Of a stretch of DNA of 64,000 bases, positions 53,686 through 62,794 are shown piece after piece. Source of the stretch: Candidatus Marinacidobacterium sp. (GTDB taxonomy: Bacteria > Acidobacteriota > Vicinamibacteria > Marinacidobacterales > Marinacidobacteraceae); contig OZ242011.1 in assembly GCA_965204755.1 (NCBI GenBank), positions 928,001-992,000 on the forward strand, given 5' to 3'. The translations under genes and the position numbers were made by a program. The notes beneath the pieces were generated by a model that saw nothing but the letters and a program-made list of their open reading frames with translations, did no database searches and was not told the origin of the DNA. Positions within the stretch are counted from its first letter, which is position 1; every line of letters starts with the position of its first letter.

Positions 53686-54897
53686 ATGGAATCGAAAACG
53701 GAATCGAGAACGGAATCGGGAACGGAACCGGGAACGAAGACGGGACCCCCGCCCCGCCCGAAGGCCGGGGCGGCGCAACGGATCGAGACCCGGAGCGTCC
53801 ACGCCGGGCGGGCGGACAACCGCGCCGGCGCGGTGGCCCCGCCGATCCACCTCTCCACGACCTTCGAGCGGCGTCCGGAGGGGGACCTGGTCTCGGAGTT
53901 CCTCTACAGCCGGAGCGGGAATCCCGACCGGACGGCGCTCGAAGAGACGATCCGCGACCTCGAGGGAGGGGCGGACTGCGTGGCGTTCTCCTCGGGGCTC
54001 GCGGCGCTCCACTCCCTGTTCCTCGCGCTCGAACCCGGCGACCTGGCGCTCGCGCCGGGCGACGCTTACCACGGAACGCAGCACCTGCTGCGGGGTCCGC
54101 TCGCCCGGTGGGGTCTCCGGACGAGGTTCACCGACTTCCTCGATCCGGAGGACTTCGACGCCGGACTCGCGATGCGCCCGGCGCTCGTCCTGGTGGAGAC
54201 GCCGTCGAACCCCGCGCTGCGGGTCACCGACATCGCCGCGGCCGCGAAGGCCGCCCACGAGGCCGGCGCGCTCCTGGCCGTGGACAACACTTGGCTGACC
54301 CCGGTGCTGCAGCGCCCGCTCGAACTCGGCGCGGACCTGGTGGCGCACGCTTCGACCAAGTACTTCGGCGGCCACAGCGACGCGACCGGCGGGGCCGTGG
54401 TGGTTCGGGAGGGGCTCGCCCTCGCCGGGCGGCTGCGCTCCATCCAGACGGACACCGGGCCGGTGCCCTCGCCGTTCGACGCCTGGCTGCTGCGGCGGGG
54501 GATCCGGACGCTGCCGCTGCGCATCCGCGCCCAGTCGGCGAACGCCGGCGCGGTGGCCGCGTTTCTCGACTCCCACCCGGCGGTGGCGCAGGTGTTCTAT
54601 CCGGGGCTGGCTACGGACCCCGGGCACGAAGCGCAGACGCGGCAGGCCGACGGCTACGGGGCCATGCTCTCGTTCCGGACGGCGGGCGGCGAGGCCGCGG
54701 CCAAGAGAGTGCTGGCGCGGGTGTCCCTCGCCACGCGGGCCACCAGTCTGGGCGGGGTGGAGACCTTGATCGAGCACCGCGCCGCCGTGGAAGGCCCCGA
54801 GACGCGCACGCCGCGCGACCTGCTCCGGATGTCGGTCGGGCTGGAACACCCGGACGACCTGATCGCCGACCTCGACCGGGCGCTCGATTCCGGCTGA
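53686..54897 (+). CDS. metB: PLP-dependent trans-sulfuration enzyme (cystathionine gamma-synthase/lyase family)
   Basis: PPIHLSTTF, YSRSGNP, ETPSNP, VDNT, HASTKYFGGHSD (PLP lysine), SLGGVETL, LLRMSVGLE; GATAAT 8 nt upstream. Synthase vs lyase not resolvable. Confidence 0.85.
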   Translation: MESKTESRTESGTEPGTKTGPPPRPKAGAAQRIETRSVHAGRADNRAGAVAPPIHLSTTFERRPEGDLVSEFLYSRSGNPDRTALEETIRDLEGGADCVAFSSGLAALHSLFLALEPGDLALAPGDAYHGTQHLLRGPLARWGLRTRFTDFLDPEDFDAGLAMRPALVLVETPSNPALRVTDIAAAAKAAHEAGALLAVDNTWLTPVLQRPLELGADLVAHASTKYFGGHSDATGGAVVVREGLALAGRLRSIQTDTGPVPSPFDAWLLRRGIRTLPLRIRAQSANAGAVAAFLDSHPAVAQVFYPGLATDPGHEAQTRQADGYGAMLSFRTAGGEAAAKRVLARVSLATRATSLGGVETLIEHRAAVEGPETRTPRDLLRMSVGLEHPDDLIADLDRALDSG

Positions 54898-55156
54898 GCC
54901 GCTCCGGGCCGGGCCGACGCGGCGGCAGCGAGGGCGGGCGGCAGGCGCGCCGGCCTTCCCGGGCCGCGACCGGAAACGGCCGAAAAGGACCGGCCTCGGG
55001 ACGACTTATCCGCATTCGGGCGTTTCGGGGCCGTTTCGTGGGCAGAAATTCTTGGCGAACCGTTCAGTGAAAGGCGTGAAGCGGGAATCCCGGGAAGTCT
55101 CCCGACGAGTTTCCCGGCCCCGCCCTCCAGCCCTTCCCCATCCGGAGCAGACCACG

Positions 55157-56311
55157 ATGACGGTTCCCGATTCCCTCGCCCGGCGGCTCTCCGCCGCCCG
55201 CGCCGCGGCGCAGGTTGCGGAGGTTCCGGCCCCGCACTATGCTGGGCCGAGAGTCGCCGAGATGACCCCCGCCGAGGACGAACCGCGGCGCGAGGAGGCG
55301 CCCGAAGCGGCGGCCGTCACGCTCGGCCCGCCGACCCGCGGCGAGTTCCAACTCCTCCGCTCGGAGGTCTCGGACCTGCGCCGGGGCAACGAGCAGCGGT
55401 TCGACGACCTGCGTGAGTGGATCGAGGGGCGGTTCGACCGCTTCGACGACCGCTACGAGCGCCAGTGGACGGCGTTCCTCGAGCGGCTCGACCTCGCGCG
55501 GAAGGAAGCCGCGGACCGCAGCGAGGCGCAGTGGGCGGAAGTCCTCAAGCAACTCGAGGCGATCCGGACCGGCGTCGCGGCGGAGTTCGCCGCCCACCGG
55601 CGCGAGACGGCGCAGCAGTTCGACGCCCGGCGCGGCGAAGCGGCGCAGGAGTCCGGCGCCCTCCGAACGGAGATGGCGCGGCAGTTCGCCACCCAACGAG
55701 AGTGGACGACGCAGCAGTTCGCCGCCGAACGAGAGTGGACGATGCAGCAGTTCACCGCCGAACGAGAGTGGACGAAGCAGCAGTTCGCCGCCGAACGAGA
55801 GTGGACGAAGCAGCAGTTCGCCGCCGAACGAGAGTGGACGAAGCAGCAGTTCGCCGCTCAACGGGAGTGGACGAAGCAACAACTGGATGCGCTCCGCCAG
55901 GAGTTCACGGAAAAGTTGGACGCCCAGCGGGAGTGGACGGCGCAGCAACTCGATGCGCTCCGCCAGGAGTTCACCGAACGACTCGACGCGCTCCGCCGGG
56001 AGTTCACCGAACAACTCGACGCCCACCGCGAGGAGACGGCGGCGCAACTGACCGCTCTCCGCGACGACCTCCTCAAGGGAGTCGATCGGAAGGCCGAAGT
56101 CCTCCGCACCGAATTCAACGGGAAGTTCGACGATCTCCGCCGAGAGATCGACGAACTCCGCGGGGAAGTCAACGCGCTGCGGAAGGAAGTCGCGGAGTTG
56201 CGGACCATGCTCGAGCGCTTGGAGCGCCGCTACTTCCGGATGGTGTGGGCGCTCATCGCCGTCCTCGCCGGCGGGATGGTCTCCATCGTGACCGCGGTTT
56301 TGCTGAGGTAA
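55157..56311 (+). CDS. Coiled-coil protein with 11-residue repeats and C-terminal membrane anchor (DUF1640/CCDC90-like architecture)
   Basis: GGAG RBS; PTRGEF head motif; (QQFAAEREWTK)n; heptad region; terminal hydrophobic helix MVWALIAVLAGGMVSIVTAVLLR. Alternative start at 55262. Confidence 0.78.
   Translation: MTVPDSLARRLSAARAAAQVAEVPAPHYAGPRVAEMTPAEDEPRREEAPEAAAVTLGPPTRGEFQLLRSEVSDLRRGNEQRFDDLREWIEGRFDRFDDRYERQWTAFLERLDLARKEAADRSEAQWAEVLKQLEAIRTGVAAEFAAHRRETAQQFDARRGEAAQESGALRTEMARQFATQREWTTQQFAAEREWTMQQFTAEREWTKQQFAAEREWTKQQFAAEREWTKQQFAAQREWTKQQLDALRQEFTEKLDAQREWTAQQLDALRQEFTERLDALRREFTEQLDAHREETAAQLTALRDDLLKGVDRKAEVLRTEFNGKFDDLRREIDELRGEVNALRKEVAELRTMLERLERRYFRMVWALIAVLAGGMVSIVTAVLLR
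55680..56025 (+). repeat. 33-bp tandem coding repeat
   Basis: cagcagttcgccgccgaacgagagtggacgaag repeated about 6 times, then degenerate LDA..EFT units. Confidence 0.9.
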
Positions 56312-56369
56312 CGCCGGGGTCGAGACTCACCGGCGGTCGCGCGGGCCGGGCGAGCGGCGACCGCCGACC

Positions 56370-57449
56370 TCAGTCCCCCCGCGAGGTGATGCGGGCGGAG
56401 CCGAGACAGCGGAGGCCGGCGTAGAAGACGGCGAACTGGCCGGGCGCGACGCCGTCGTCGGGATGCTCCAGGACCAACTCCGCGCCCTCGGCGCCGGACG
56501 CTTCCGGCGTTCGGAGAGTCGCCGGGACCAGAACCGGGCCGTGCCGCACCTTGACGGTGAGCCGCTCGGGGATCGACGCGGGGGGAGCGCCGATCCAGTG
56601 GAAGTCGCCCACGCGGAATCGGGAAGCCGGGCGGGGAGAACCCCGGCGGACCAGGATGCGGTTCGCCTCCGCGTCCTTGCCGGACACATAGAACGGCCCG
56701 CCGGAGAGCCCCAGGCCCCGGCGCTGGCCGATGGTGAACAGCCAGTGGCCGCGGTGCGTCCCGACTTCCCGGCCGCTCTCCTCGTCCACGACCGGCCCCG
56801 GCCGCTCGCCGAGGTGGGCGCGGACGAAGTCGCGGTAACGGACATTTCCCAGGAAACAGATGCCCTGGCTGTCCGGGCGGCGGCCGGGCGCCAGCCGGAG
56901 GTCCGCGGCGAGGCGGCGGACTTCGGTCTTCTTCAGGCCCCCTACCGGGAAGAGCGACCGGCGGAGTTGGGCCTCGGTCAGCCGGGAGAGGAAGTAGGTC
57001 TGGTCCTTGACCGGGTCGGGGCTCCGGTGGAGTTCCGGCCCCTCCGCCCCTTCCGCGCGGACCGCGTAGTGGCCGGTGGCGACCCGGTCGCCGTCCCCCC
57101 CCGGCTCTTCGGCCAGGCGGTCGAAGAACGCGCCGAACTTGATGCGGGAGTTGCAGAGGAGGTCGGGACTCGGCGTGGCGCCGGACTCGAGTTCCCGCAG
57201 GAGGTAAGCGACCACCGTCTCCCGGTAGGCCCGCTGCAGCGGCGCGACCGTGAGCGGGACCCGCAGTTGGTCGCAGACGGAGCGCGCGAACCGGAGGTCC
57301 TCCTCCCACGGGCAGCCGCCCAGGTCGGCCAACTCGTCTTCCAGCCAAACCTTCAGGTAGAACGCCCGGACGCGGTGTCCTTCCTCCACCAGCCGGGCGA
57401 GCGCGACGGCGCTGTCCACGCCGCCGGAGAGGAGGACCGCTGCGCGCAT
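56370..57449 (-). CDS. mnmA: tRNA-specific 2-thiouridylase MnmA
   Basis: LSGGVDS, PSPDLLCNSRIKFG, ATGHYA, KDQTYFL, DSQGICF, FTIGQRRGL, PGQFAVFY. Confidence 0.96.
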   Translation of the reverse strand: MRAAVLLSGGVDSAVALARLVEEGHRVRAFYLKVWLEDELADLGGCPWEEDLRFARSVCDQLRVPLTVAPLQRAYRETVVAYLLRELESGATPSPDLLCNSRIKFGAFFDRLAEEPGGDGDRVATGHYAVRAEGAEGPELHRSPDPVKDQTYFLSRLTEAQLRRSLFPVGGLKKTEVRRLAADLRLAPGRRPDSQGICFLGNVRYRDFVRAHLGERPGPVVDEESGREVGTHRGHWLFTIGQRRGLGLSGGPFYVSGKDAEANRILVRRGSPRPASRFRVGDFHWIGAPPASIPERLTVKVRHGPVLVPATLRTPEASGAEGAELVLEHPDDGVAPGQFAVFYAGLRCLGSARITSRGD

Positions 57450-57574
57450 GGGGAGCCGGCCGGAATCATGCCCCGACCGGTCCGGGCGAGCGGCGGTAGG
57501 ATTCGCCCCGCGCGCCGGCGCCGGGAGCGGCGCTGCGGCGAGCCCGGCGGGAGCGAGAGCGAGAGCGAGATCCG

Positions 57575-58036
57575 ATGACCCTTTCTTCGACGGCGCCGGC
57601 CGGCCGGCTGGTCGCCATCTGGGAGAAGCAGGCTCGCGGGGAGCCGATGCGCCGGCGGTCGGAGGGGGAGTTGGTCGCCGGGACCGGTCTCGCCGGCTCC
57701 GCGCCCACGACCGCCAAGCGGCAGGTCACGGTGCTGTCGCAGGAGGCCTGGCGCCGGGCCGCCGCCGAAGCGGGTCAGCCGGACGCGGATCCGGCGCTCC
57801 GCCGGGCGAACCTGCTGGTCACCGGCGTGGACCTGAAAGAGAGCGCCGGGCGCACGCTCCGGGTCGGCGCGGCGCAGGTCCGCATCCACGGCGAAACGAA
57901 GCCCTGCGAACGGATGGACACCACGGCGGCCAGCCTGCGCGACGCGCTCGCGCCGGACTGGCGCGCCGGGGCGTACGGCGAGGTGGTCGAGGGCGGGCCG
58001 ATCCGCCCCGGCGACCCCGTCGGCTGGGCGCCGTGA
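57575..58036 (+). CDS. MOSC domain-containing protein
   Basis: RQVTVLS, RRANLLVTGVDL, GETKPCERMD, GAYGEVVEGGPIRPGD. Confidence 0.88.
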   Translation: MTLSSTAPAGRLVAIWEKQARGEPMRRRSEGELVAGTGLAGSAPTTAKRQVTVLSQEAWRRAAAEAGQPDADPALRRANLLVTGVDLKESAGRTLRVGAAQVRIHGETKPCERMDTTAASLRDALAPDWRAGAYGEVVEGGPIRPGDPVGWAP

Positions 58037-59475
58037 GCGCCGGGCCCGCGCCCTCCCCGGAACTTCGCCCGCTCGGCCCGATCCCGGAGGACGCCGCCGG
58101 GGCGGAAGCCGACGCCCTGCTGGTGGCCCGGGCGGTCCGCGAAGCCGGGGGGAGGGCGCTGATCGTGGGCGGCTATGTGCGCGACCGGATGCTGCTCGGG
58201 GAATCCGGCGGAGAACCGGACCTCGAGGTGTTCGGGCTCCCCGCGCCCCGGCTGGAGCGGGCGCTGCGGCGGCTGGGCCGGGTCCGCCGGGTGGGCCGGT
58301 CGTTCCCGGTGCTCCGGATCGGCGGACTCTCCGTCGAGGTCGCCCTGCCCCGCCGCGAGTCCAAGATCGCGCCCGGCCACCGGGGTTTCGAGGTCGCCGC
58401 CGACCCGCAGATGAGTTTCGTCGAGGCGGCCCGCCGCCGGGACCTCTCCCTGAACGCGATGGGGCTCGACCCGCTCACCGGCGAGTTGCTCGACCCCTAC
58501 CGGGGGGCGGAGGCGCTGGCGGCGGGGACGATGCGCGCGACCGACGCGGCGAAGTTCCCGGAGGACCCCCTCCGCGGGCTGCGGGTCGCCGCCTTCGCCT
58601 CCCGGTTCGGTTTCGAGGCGGACGACGCGCTGAAGCAACTGTGCTCGGAACTCGACCTCTCCGAGTTGAGCGCGGAGCGCATCCTCGTCGAGTTGGAGAA
58701 GGCGCTGCTCGGCCCCCGGCCGGCGCTGGCGTTCCGCTTCCTGGCGGAGACCGGGCTCCTGCGCCACTTCCCCGAACCGGACGCGCTGCGCGGCTCACCC
58801 GCGCCCGCCGGGGGAGACGCGTTCGAGGCGACGCTCCTCGTCCTCGAAGCGGCGGCCGGGACGGGGACCTCCGGCCCGGAGGAGGCCCGCTCACTCCGGT
58901 TCGCGGCGCTCTGCCGGGACTTCGGCCGCCCGGCCGCGGTCGGGGAGCGGCGCGAGGAGCGCGGGAGTTCCCTCGCCCCCGACTCCCGGGCGGCCGCCGG
59001 AGCGGCGCTGGCGCGGTCGTTCCTCGACCGCCTCCGGGCGCCGAAGGCGCTGACGGCGGAAGTCGCCGCGCTGGTCCTGCGGCAGTCCGCGCCGGCCGAC
59101 TACCCCCGGAACGGGGCGCCGCGCTCCGCCTACCGCCGCCTCGCGCGGGAGTTGGCGTCGGCGGGAACCACCGCGGAGCGCTTGCTCCGGCTGGCCGAGG
59201 CGGCGCGCGCCGCGGACCCGGCGGCCGCGCCCGAAGGCGCGGCGTTTCGGGAGGGAGCGCTCGCCGCCGGCGTGTTCCGCGGCCCCCCGGAAGACGCGGT
59301 CACCGGGAAGCGGGTGCTCGCGCGGGGAGTTCGTCCGGGGAAGATCGTCGGCCGGATCCTCGCGGACTGCCGCGAACTCCAGGACGAGACCGGGGAGTCC
59401 GATCCCGATCGCCTGCTCGACCGCGTCCTCGCCGACCTGCCGACCCGCTCGGCCCCCGCCCCGAAAGACCCATGA
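58033..59475 (+). CDS. cca: Class II tRNA nucleotidyltransferase (CCA-adding type), HD region degenerate
   Basis: GTGA overlap; IVGGYVRD, RRRDLSLNAM, LLDPYRG, EDPLRGLR, SAERI; LCRDFGR in place of LLHDxGK. Confidence 0.85.
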   Translation: MSAGPAPSPELRPLGPIPEDAAGAEADALLVARAVREAGGRALIVGGYVRDRMLLGESGGEPDLEVFGLPAPRLERALRRLGRVRRVGRSFPVLRIGGLSVEVALPRRESKIAPGHRGFEVAADPQMSFVEAARRRDLSLNAMGLDPLTGELLDPYRGAEALAAGTMRATDAAKFPEDPLRGLRVAAFASRFGFEADDALKQLCSELDLSELSAERILVELEKALLGPRPALAFRFLAETGLLRHFPEPDALRGSPAPAGGDAFEATLLVLEAAAGTGTSGPEEARSLRFAALCRDFGRPAAVGERREERGSSLAPDSRAAAGAALARSFLDRLRAPKALTAEVAALVLRQSAPADYPRNGAPRSAYRRLARELASAGTTAERLLRLAEAARAADPAAAPEGAAFREGALAAGVFRGPPEDAVTGKRVLARGVRPGKIVGRILADCRELQDETGESDPDRLLDRVLADLPTRSAPAPKDP

Positions 59476-60476
59476 CCACCGTACCCGTCCCCGACCGCCC
59501 GGCCTTCGTCCGCCCCACGACCTGGATCCGGGCCGACAAACTGACCCCGCCGCCCGGCGCGAAGGTGGTCTTCGCCAGCGAGACCTTCCAGCGCACCGGC
59601 AGTTTCAAGATCCGGGCGGCCCTGCACCGGGCGCGGAACTCCTCCTCGGGACACCTGCTCGCCGCTTCGTCCGGGAACTTCGGGCAGGCGCTCTCCTGCG
59701 CGGCGGCGATGCTGGGGAAACGGGCGACCATCGTGATGCCGACGACCGCCGCGCGCATCAAGTGCGAGGCCGTCCGGAAATTCGGCGGGGAGGTGGTGTT
59801 CACCGATGTCCACCGGGAGTCGCGCACCGAGCGGCTGGCGCGGCTGGCCCGCGACTTCCCGGGCTCGGACACCTGCGGGAGTTACGACGATCCGTTCGTG
59901 ATCGCCGGGAACGGCACCCTCGGCGTGGAGATCGGGCGGCGGCTCCTCCGGCTGGGGCCGGAGCGGCGGAAGCGGGCCGCGGTGGTCGTTCCGCTGGGCG
60001 GCGGGGGCAACGCCTCCGGGATGGTGGTCGGGCTCCGCGCCGCCGGCTGCGGCGAAGCGGAGGTGTACGGGGCCGAGCCGCTGCTCGCGAACGACGGGGC
60101 GCAGTCGCTCCGCCGGGGCGGGATCGTGTCCCTCGACCGGGAGCCGGACACCCTCGCCGACGGCGCCCGGGTGCAGCGGCTCGGCGACCACAACTGGGCG
60201 ATCCTCAAGGACGGGCTGGCGGGGATCGTGGAAGTCCCGGAGGCGGAGATCGCCGAAGCGGTGCGGCGGCTGTTCCGGGAGGCGAACCTGAAGGCGGAAC
60301 CCACGGGCGCGCTCGGCTACGGCGCCCTGCTCGCCGACCCGGAGCGGTTCGAGGGCCGGGAGGTCGTCGTCGTCGTCACCGGCGGGAATGCGGACCCGGC
60401 GGCGTACGCCCGCATCCTCGGGGGCGCGAACTCGTTCGCGGAGGCCTACGGCGCCCCGGCGGAGGGGGCGGCGTGA
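59472..60476 (+). CDS. PLP-dependent serine/threonine dehydratase (racemase) family protein
   Basis: ATGA overlap; ETFQRTGSFKIR, SSGNFGQ, PLGGGG, TLADG, EPTGA. Confidence 0.9.
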   Translation: MTTVPVPDRPAFVRPTTWIRADKLTPPPGAKVVFASETFQRTGSFKIRAALHRARNSSSGHLLAASSGNFGQALSCAAAMLGKRATIVMPTTAARIKCEAVRKFGGEVVFTDVHRESRTERLARLARDFPGSDTCGSYDDPFVIAGNGTLGVEIGRRLLRLGPERRKRAAVVVPLGGGGNASGMVVGLRAAGCGEAEVYGAEPLLANDGAQSLRRGGIVSLDREPDTLADGARVQRLGDHNWAILKDGLAGIVEVPEAEIAEAVRRLFREANLKAEPTGALGYGALLADPERFEGREVVVVVTGGNADPAAYARILGGANSFAEAYGAPAEGAA

Positions 60477-61012
60477 GCGCGCTCACGCTGCTGCTCATGC
60501 GGCACGCCAAGTCGGACTGGGGGCAGCCGGGGCTCGCCGACCACGACCGGCCGCTGAACCCCCGCGGGGAGCGGGACGCGCCGCGCATCGGGAGGTGGCT
60601 CGCCGAGAACGGCTTCACGCCGGCGGCGGCGCTGGTTTCGAGCGCCCGCCGGGCGCGGCAGACCGCGGAGGCGGCGCTGGAGGCGGCCGGGGCGGGCGGC
60701 GCGCCGAGATGGACGACGCGCCGGCTCTACGGCGCCGGGCCGGAGGAGATCTTCCGGGCCGCGCGCGAGGCGGCGGCGGACGGGGAAATCCCCGGAGCGG
60801 CGTCCCCGCTGCTGGTCGTCGCGCACAACCCGGGGATGGAGGAACTCGCCGCCCGGTGCGAAGGGAGCGCGGCGCCGGCCGGCGGGACGGCCCGGCCCTT
60901 CCCGACCGGGGCGGTCGCGGTGGTCGCCTGCCCCGGCGCGGCCTGGGCCGGGATCCCGGCGCCGGAAGCGACGGAAGTCGTGAGGGTGGTCCGCCCGCGC
61001 GAGTTGGAGTAG
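60473..61012 (+). CDS. sixA: SixA-like histidine phosphatase
   Basis: LLLMRHAKSDW..DHDRPLNPRG, SSARRARQT, VAHNPG, FPTGA. Confidence 0.88.
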   Translation: MSALTLLLMRHAKSDWGQPGLADHDRPLNPRGERDAPRIGRWLAENGFTPAAALVSSARRARQTAEAALEAAGAGGAPRWTTRRLYGAGPEEIFRAAREAAADGEIPGAASPLLVVAHNPGMEELAARCEGSAAPAGGTARPFPTGAVAVVACPGAAWAGIPAPEATEVVRVVRPRELE

Positions 61013-61029
61013 AGCCGGGGGTCGGCGCG

Positions 61030-61160
61030 CGGCGGGCCATGGCCGGCGTATCGCCGGGCGGGCCATGGCCGGCGTATCGCCGGGCGGACAGGCCGCGAGT
61101 CCGGGGAGGCAATGGCCGGCGTATCGCCGGGGAGGGAATGGCCGGCGGGTCGCCGGGGAG
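61030..61160. repeat. Intergenic tandem repeat ATGGCCGGCGTATCGCCGGG (4 imperfect copies)
   Basis: Directly visible; first two copies in tandem at ~26-bp period. Confidence 0.8.
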
Positions 61161-61174
61161 TTGCGCCGGGCTTT

Positions 61175-61210
61175 TACTCGATCAGGTACTCGATCAGGTA
61201 CTCGATCAGG
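61175..61210. repeat. 12-bp tandem repeat (tactcgatcagg) x3
   Basis: Directly visible. Confidence 0.9.
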
Positions 61211-61412
61211 CGCCGGCGGGTGAACCCGCTGCGGAACCTCCGGTTCCGTCCTGTGACTAACAGGTGGGCGTCTCGTGTCCGGCTCGGGCTTCCCGCTCGG
61301 TGGGCGGGCTTGCTCTCCTGCCGGTCAGAGGTGACTCCCTTTCGGATCCATCAGCCGGAACACGATGGCCCGCGCGGGTTCGGCGTCATCGTACACAACC
61401 CGCGGTACGCCA

Positions 61413-61517
61413 CCCGCGGAAGAGCGCCCCGCCCTCCGCTCTTCGAGGGGACCTGAGGGGACTCGAGGGGATTCGAAGTCCTCTTCGCGTTTCCCGGCGG
61501 GGCGCTCTTCCCGCGGG
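61413..61517. repeat. ~21-bp inverted repeat enclosing 10-bp-period GAGGGGA units, immediately downstream of tRNA-Leu
   Basis: cccgcgg(-)aagagcgccccgcc (61413-61433) vs ggcggggcgctcttcccgcggg (61496-61517). Confidence 0.7.
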
Positions 61518-61525
61518 CCGCCGAG

Positions 61526-61613
61526 TACCGGGAGCGGGACTCGAACCCGCACGCCCCCGATGGAGGACAAGGGATTTTAAGTCCCTCGCGTCTGCCGATT
61601 TCGCCATCCCGGC
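61526..61613 (-). tRNA. tRNA-Leu (TAA), CCA not encoded
   Basis: GCCGGGATGGCGAAATCGGCAGACGC GAGGGA CTTAAAA TCCCT, long variable arm, GGTTCGAGTCC, acceptor pairing with TCCCGGT-A. Confidence 0.95.
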
Positions 61614-61794
61614 ATTCGACTCGCCCGTCTTCCCCGCTCCGCCGGCCGCCCGCTCCCGGTTTGTTCCCCGGGCGGCGTCGCGACCGGTCCGAACATTCGG
61701 CCGAACCATCGGACCCAAACATCGGGCGGAACCGCGGGGCGGAACCATCGGGCGCGAACCCGCGAGTTCCCGAAGTGCGGGGGTACTCCGCGGA

Positions 61795-61875
61795 CCGTCG
61801 GGCCGGATTTGTCGGGCCGGATTTGTCGGGCCGGATTGTCGGGCCGGATTGTCAGGCCGGATGTCGGGCCGGACG
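61795..61875. repeat. 13-14-bp tandem repeat (gggccggatttgtc) about 5 copies in the tRNA spacer
   Basis: Directly visible. Confidence 0.85.
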
Positions 61876-61989
61876 GGAGGCGACCGGACGCCGTCAGCGG
61901 TGGTTCCGGCGGCGCGCCGGCGGCGCGAACGGGGAACGGGATGAGCCGAACGAGCGGCTCAGGCGGATAACCGGCAGTCGGGCCGGCGG

Positions 61990-62062
61990 AGGCGGCGGGC
62001 GGATTCGAACCGCCGAATAGAGGTTTTGCAGACCTCCGCCTTGGCCACTTGGCTACGCCGCC
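61990..62062 (-). tRNA. tRNA-Cys (GCA), followed by CCG rather than CCA
   Basis: GGCGGCGTAGCCAAGTGGCCAAGGC GGAGGT CTGCAAA ACCTC...GGTTCGAATCC...CGCCGCCT. Confidence 0.95.
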
Positions 62063-62128
62063 AACCGCCGCGCTTCGCGCGCCGACCGACGCGCCGACCG
62101 ACCGGCGGCGCGAGTCTCAGGATCCGGA

Positions 62129-62203
<75 letters not shown>

Positions 62204-62218
62204 TCGGCCGAACCCGCC

Positions 62219-62224
62219 ATTATA
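62219..62224 (-). promoter_or_regulatory. -10 box TATAAT of the tRNA operon
   Basis: Perfect TATAAT 15 nt upstream of tRNA-Gly, followed by a GC-rich discriminator. Confidence 0.75.
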
Positions 62225-62237
62225 GGGCGCGGCCGAC

Positions 62238-62786
62238 TCACACCGCGCCGCGGCGGATGCGCACCACCGGGCGCTCGAACGCCTGCGCCAGGCGGCGGCG
62301 AAGGCCGGCCGGAGACGAACGGGGAGAGCGGAGAGGAGGGCGCGCGGCCGGGAACCAGACTTCGACGACATCGAGGCGGAGTTTGGATCCCGGGGGAATG
62401 CGGCGGCGGGCGGACTCCCTTCGCCAGAGGAGGGCGGCGGCGCGGCGCAGGCGGCGGCGCTTCTCCTCGTCCACCCGCTCCATCGGCCGACCGAGGCCGC
62501 CGCGCCGGGTCTTGACTTCCACGACGGCGAGCGTGTCCCCTTCCCAGGCCACCACATCCAGTTCGGGCGCGGGCGGCCGACCGGGCCGGTAGTTCCGCGC
62601 GACGACCCGGTAGCCGGCGCGGCGGAGGGCGCGGGCCGCCACCCGTTCGCCCCGGGCGCCGAGCCGGAGGTGGGGCGCCCGGCGGGTCAGGCGGCGGCGA
62701 AGCCGCGCCTCGACGCGCAGCGAGCGGTCGGCCCGGCGCAGCGCGCGGAGGAACCGCCCCCGACGCCGCGCCCGGCGCGGGGGCAC
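62238..62786 (-). CDS. yraN: YraN family (UPF0102) putative endonuclease
   Basis: LGARGERVAARALRRAGYRVVARNYR...ELDVVAWEGDTLAVVEVKTR...RLDVVEV; start uncertain. Confidence 0.85.
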   Translation of the reverse strand: MPPRRARRRGRFLRALRRADRSLRVEARLRRRLTRRAPHLRLGARGERVAARALRRAGYRVVARNYRPGRPPAPELDVVAWEGDTLAVVEVKTRRGGLGRPMERVDEEKRRRLRRAAALLWRRESARRRIPPGSKLRLDVVEVWFPAARPPLRSPRSSPAGLRRRLAQAFERPVVRIRRGAV

Positions 62787-62794
62787 GGCCCTGC

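Noticed and set aside
43865-53858. Long alternative-frame ORFs over the RND genes (1186, 1439, 649, 626, 607, 555 aa)
   Set aside because: Shadow ORFs with no recognisable motifs, overlapping well-supported genes.
53686-58036. Dedicated sulfur-relay cluster (trans-sulfuration enzyme, MnmA, MOSC)
   Set aside because: Genes are in mixed orientation and interrupted by an unrelated coiled-coil gene; proximity alone is insufficient without synteny data.
61030-61210. Mini-CRISPR interpretation of the intergenic repeats
   Set aside because: Units are adjacent or separated by very short irregular gaps, with no unique 25-45-bp spacers.
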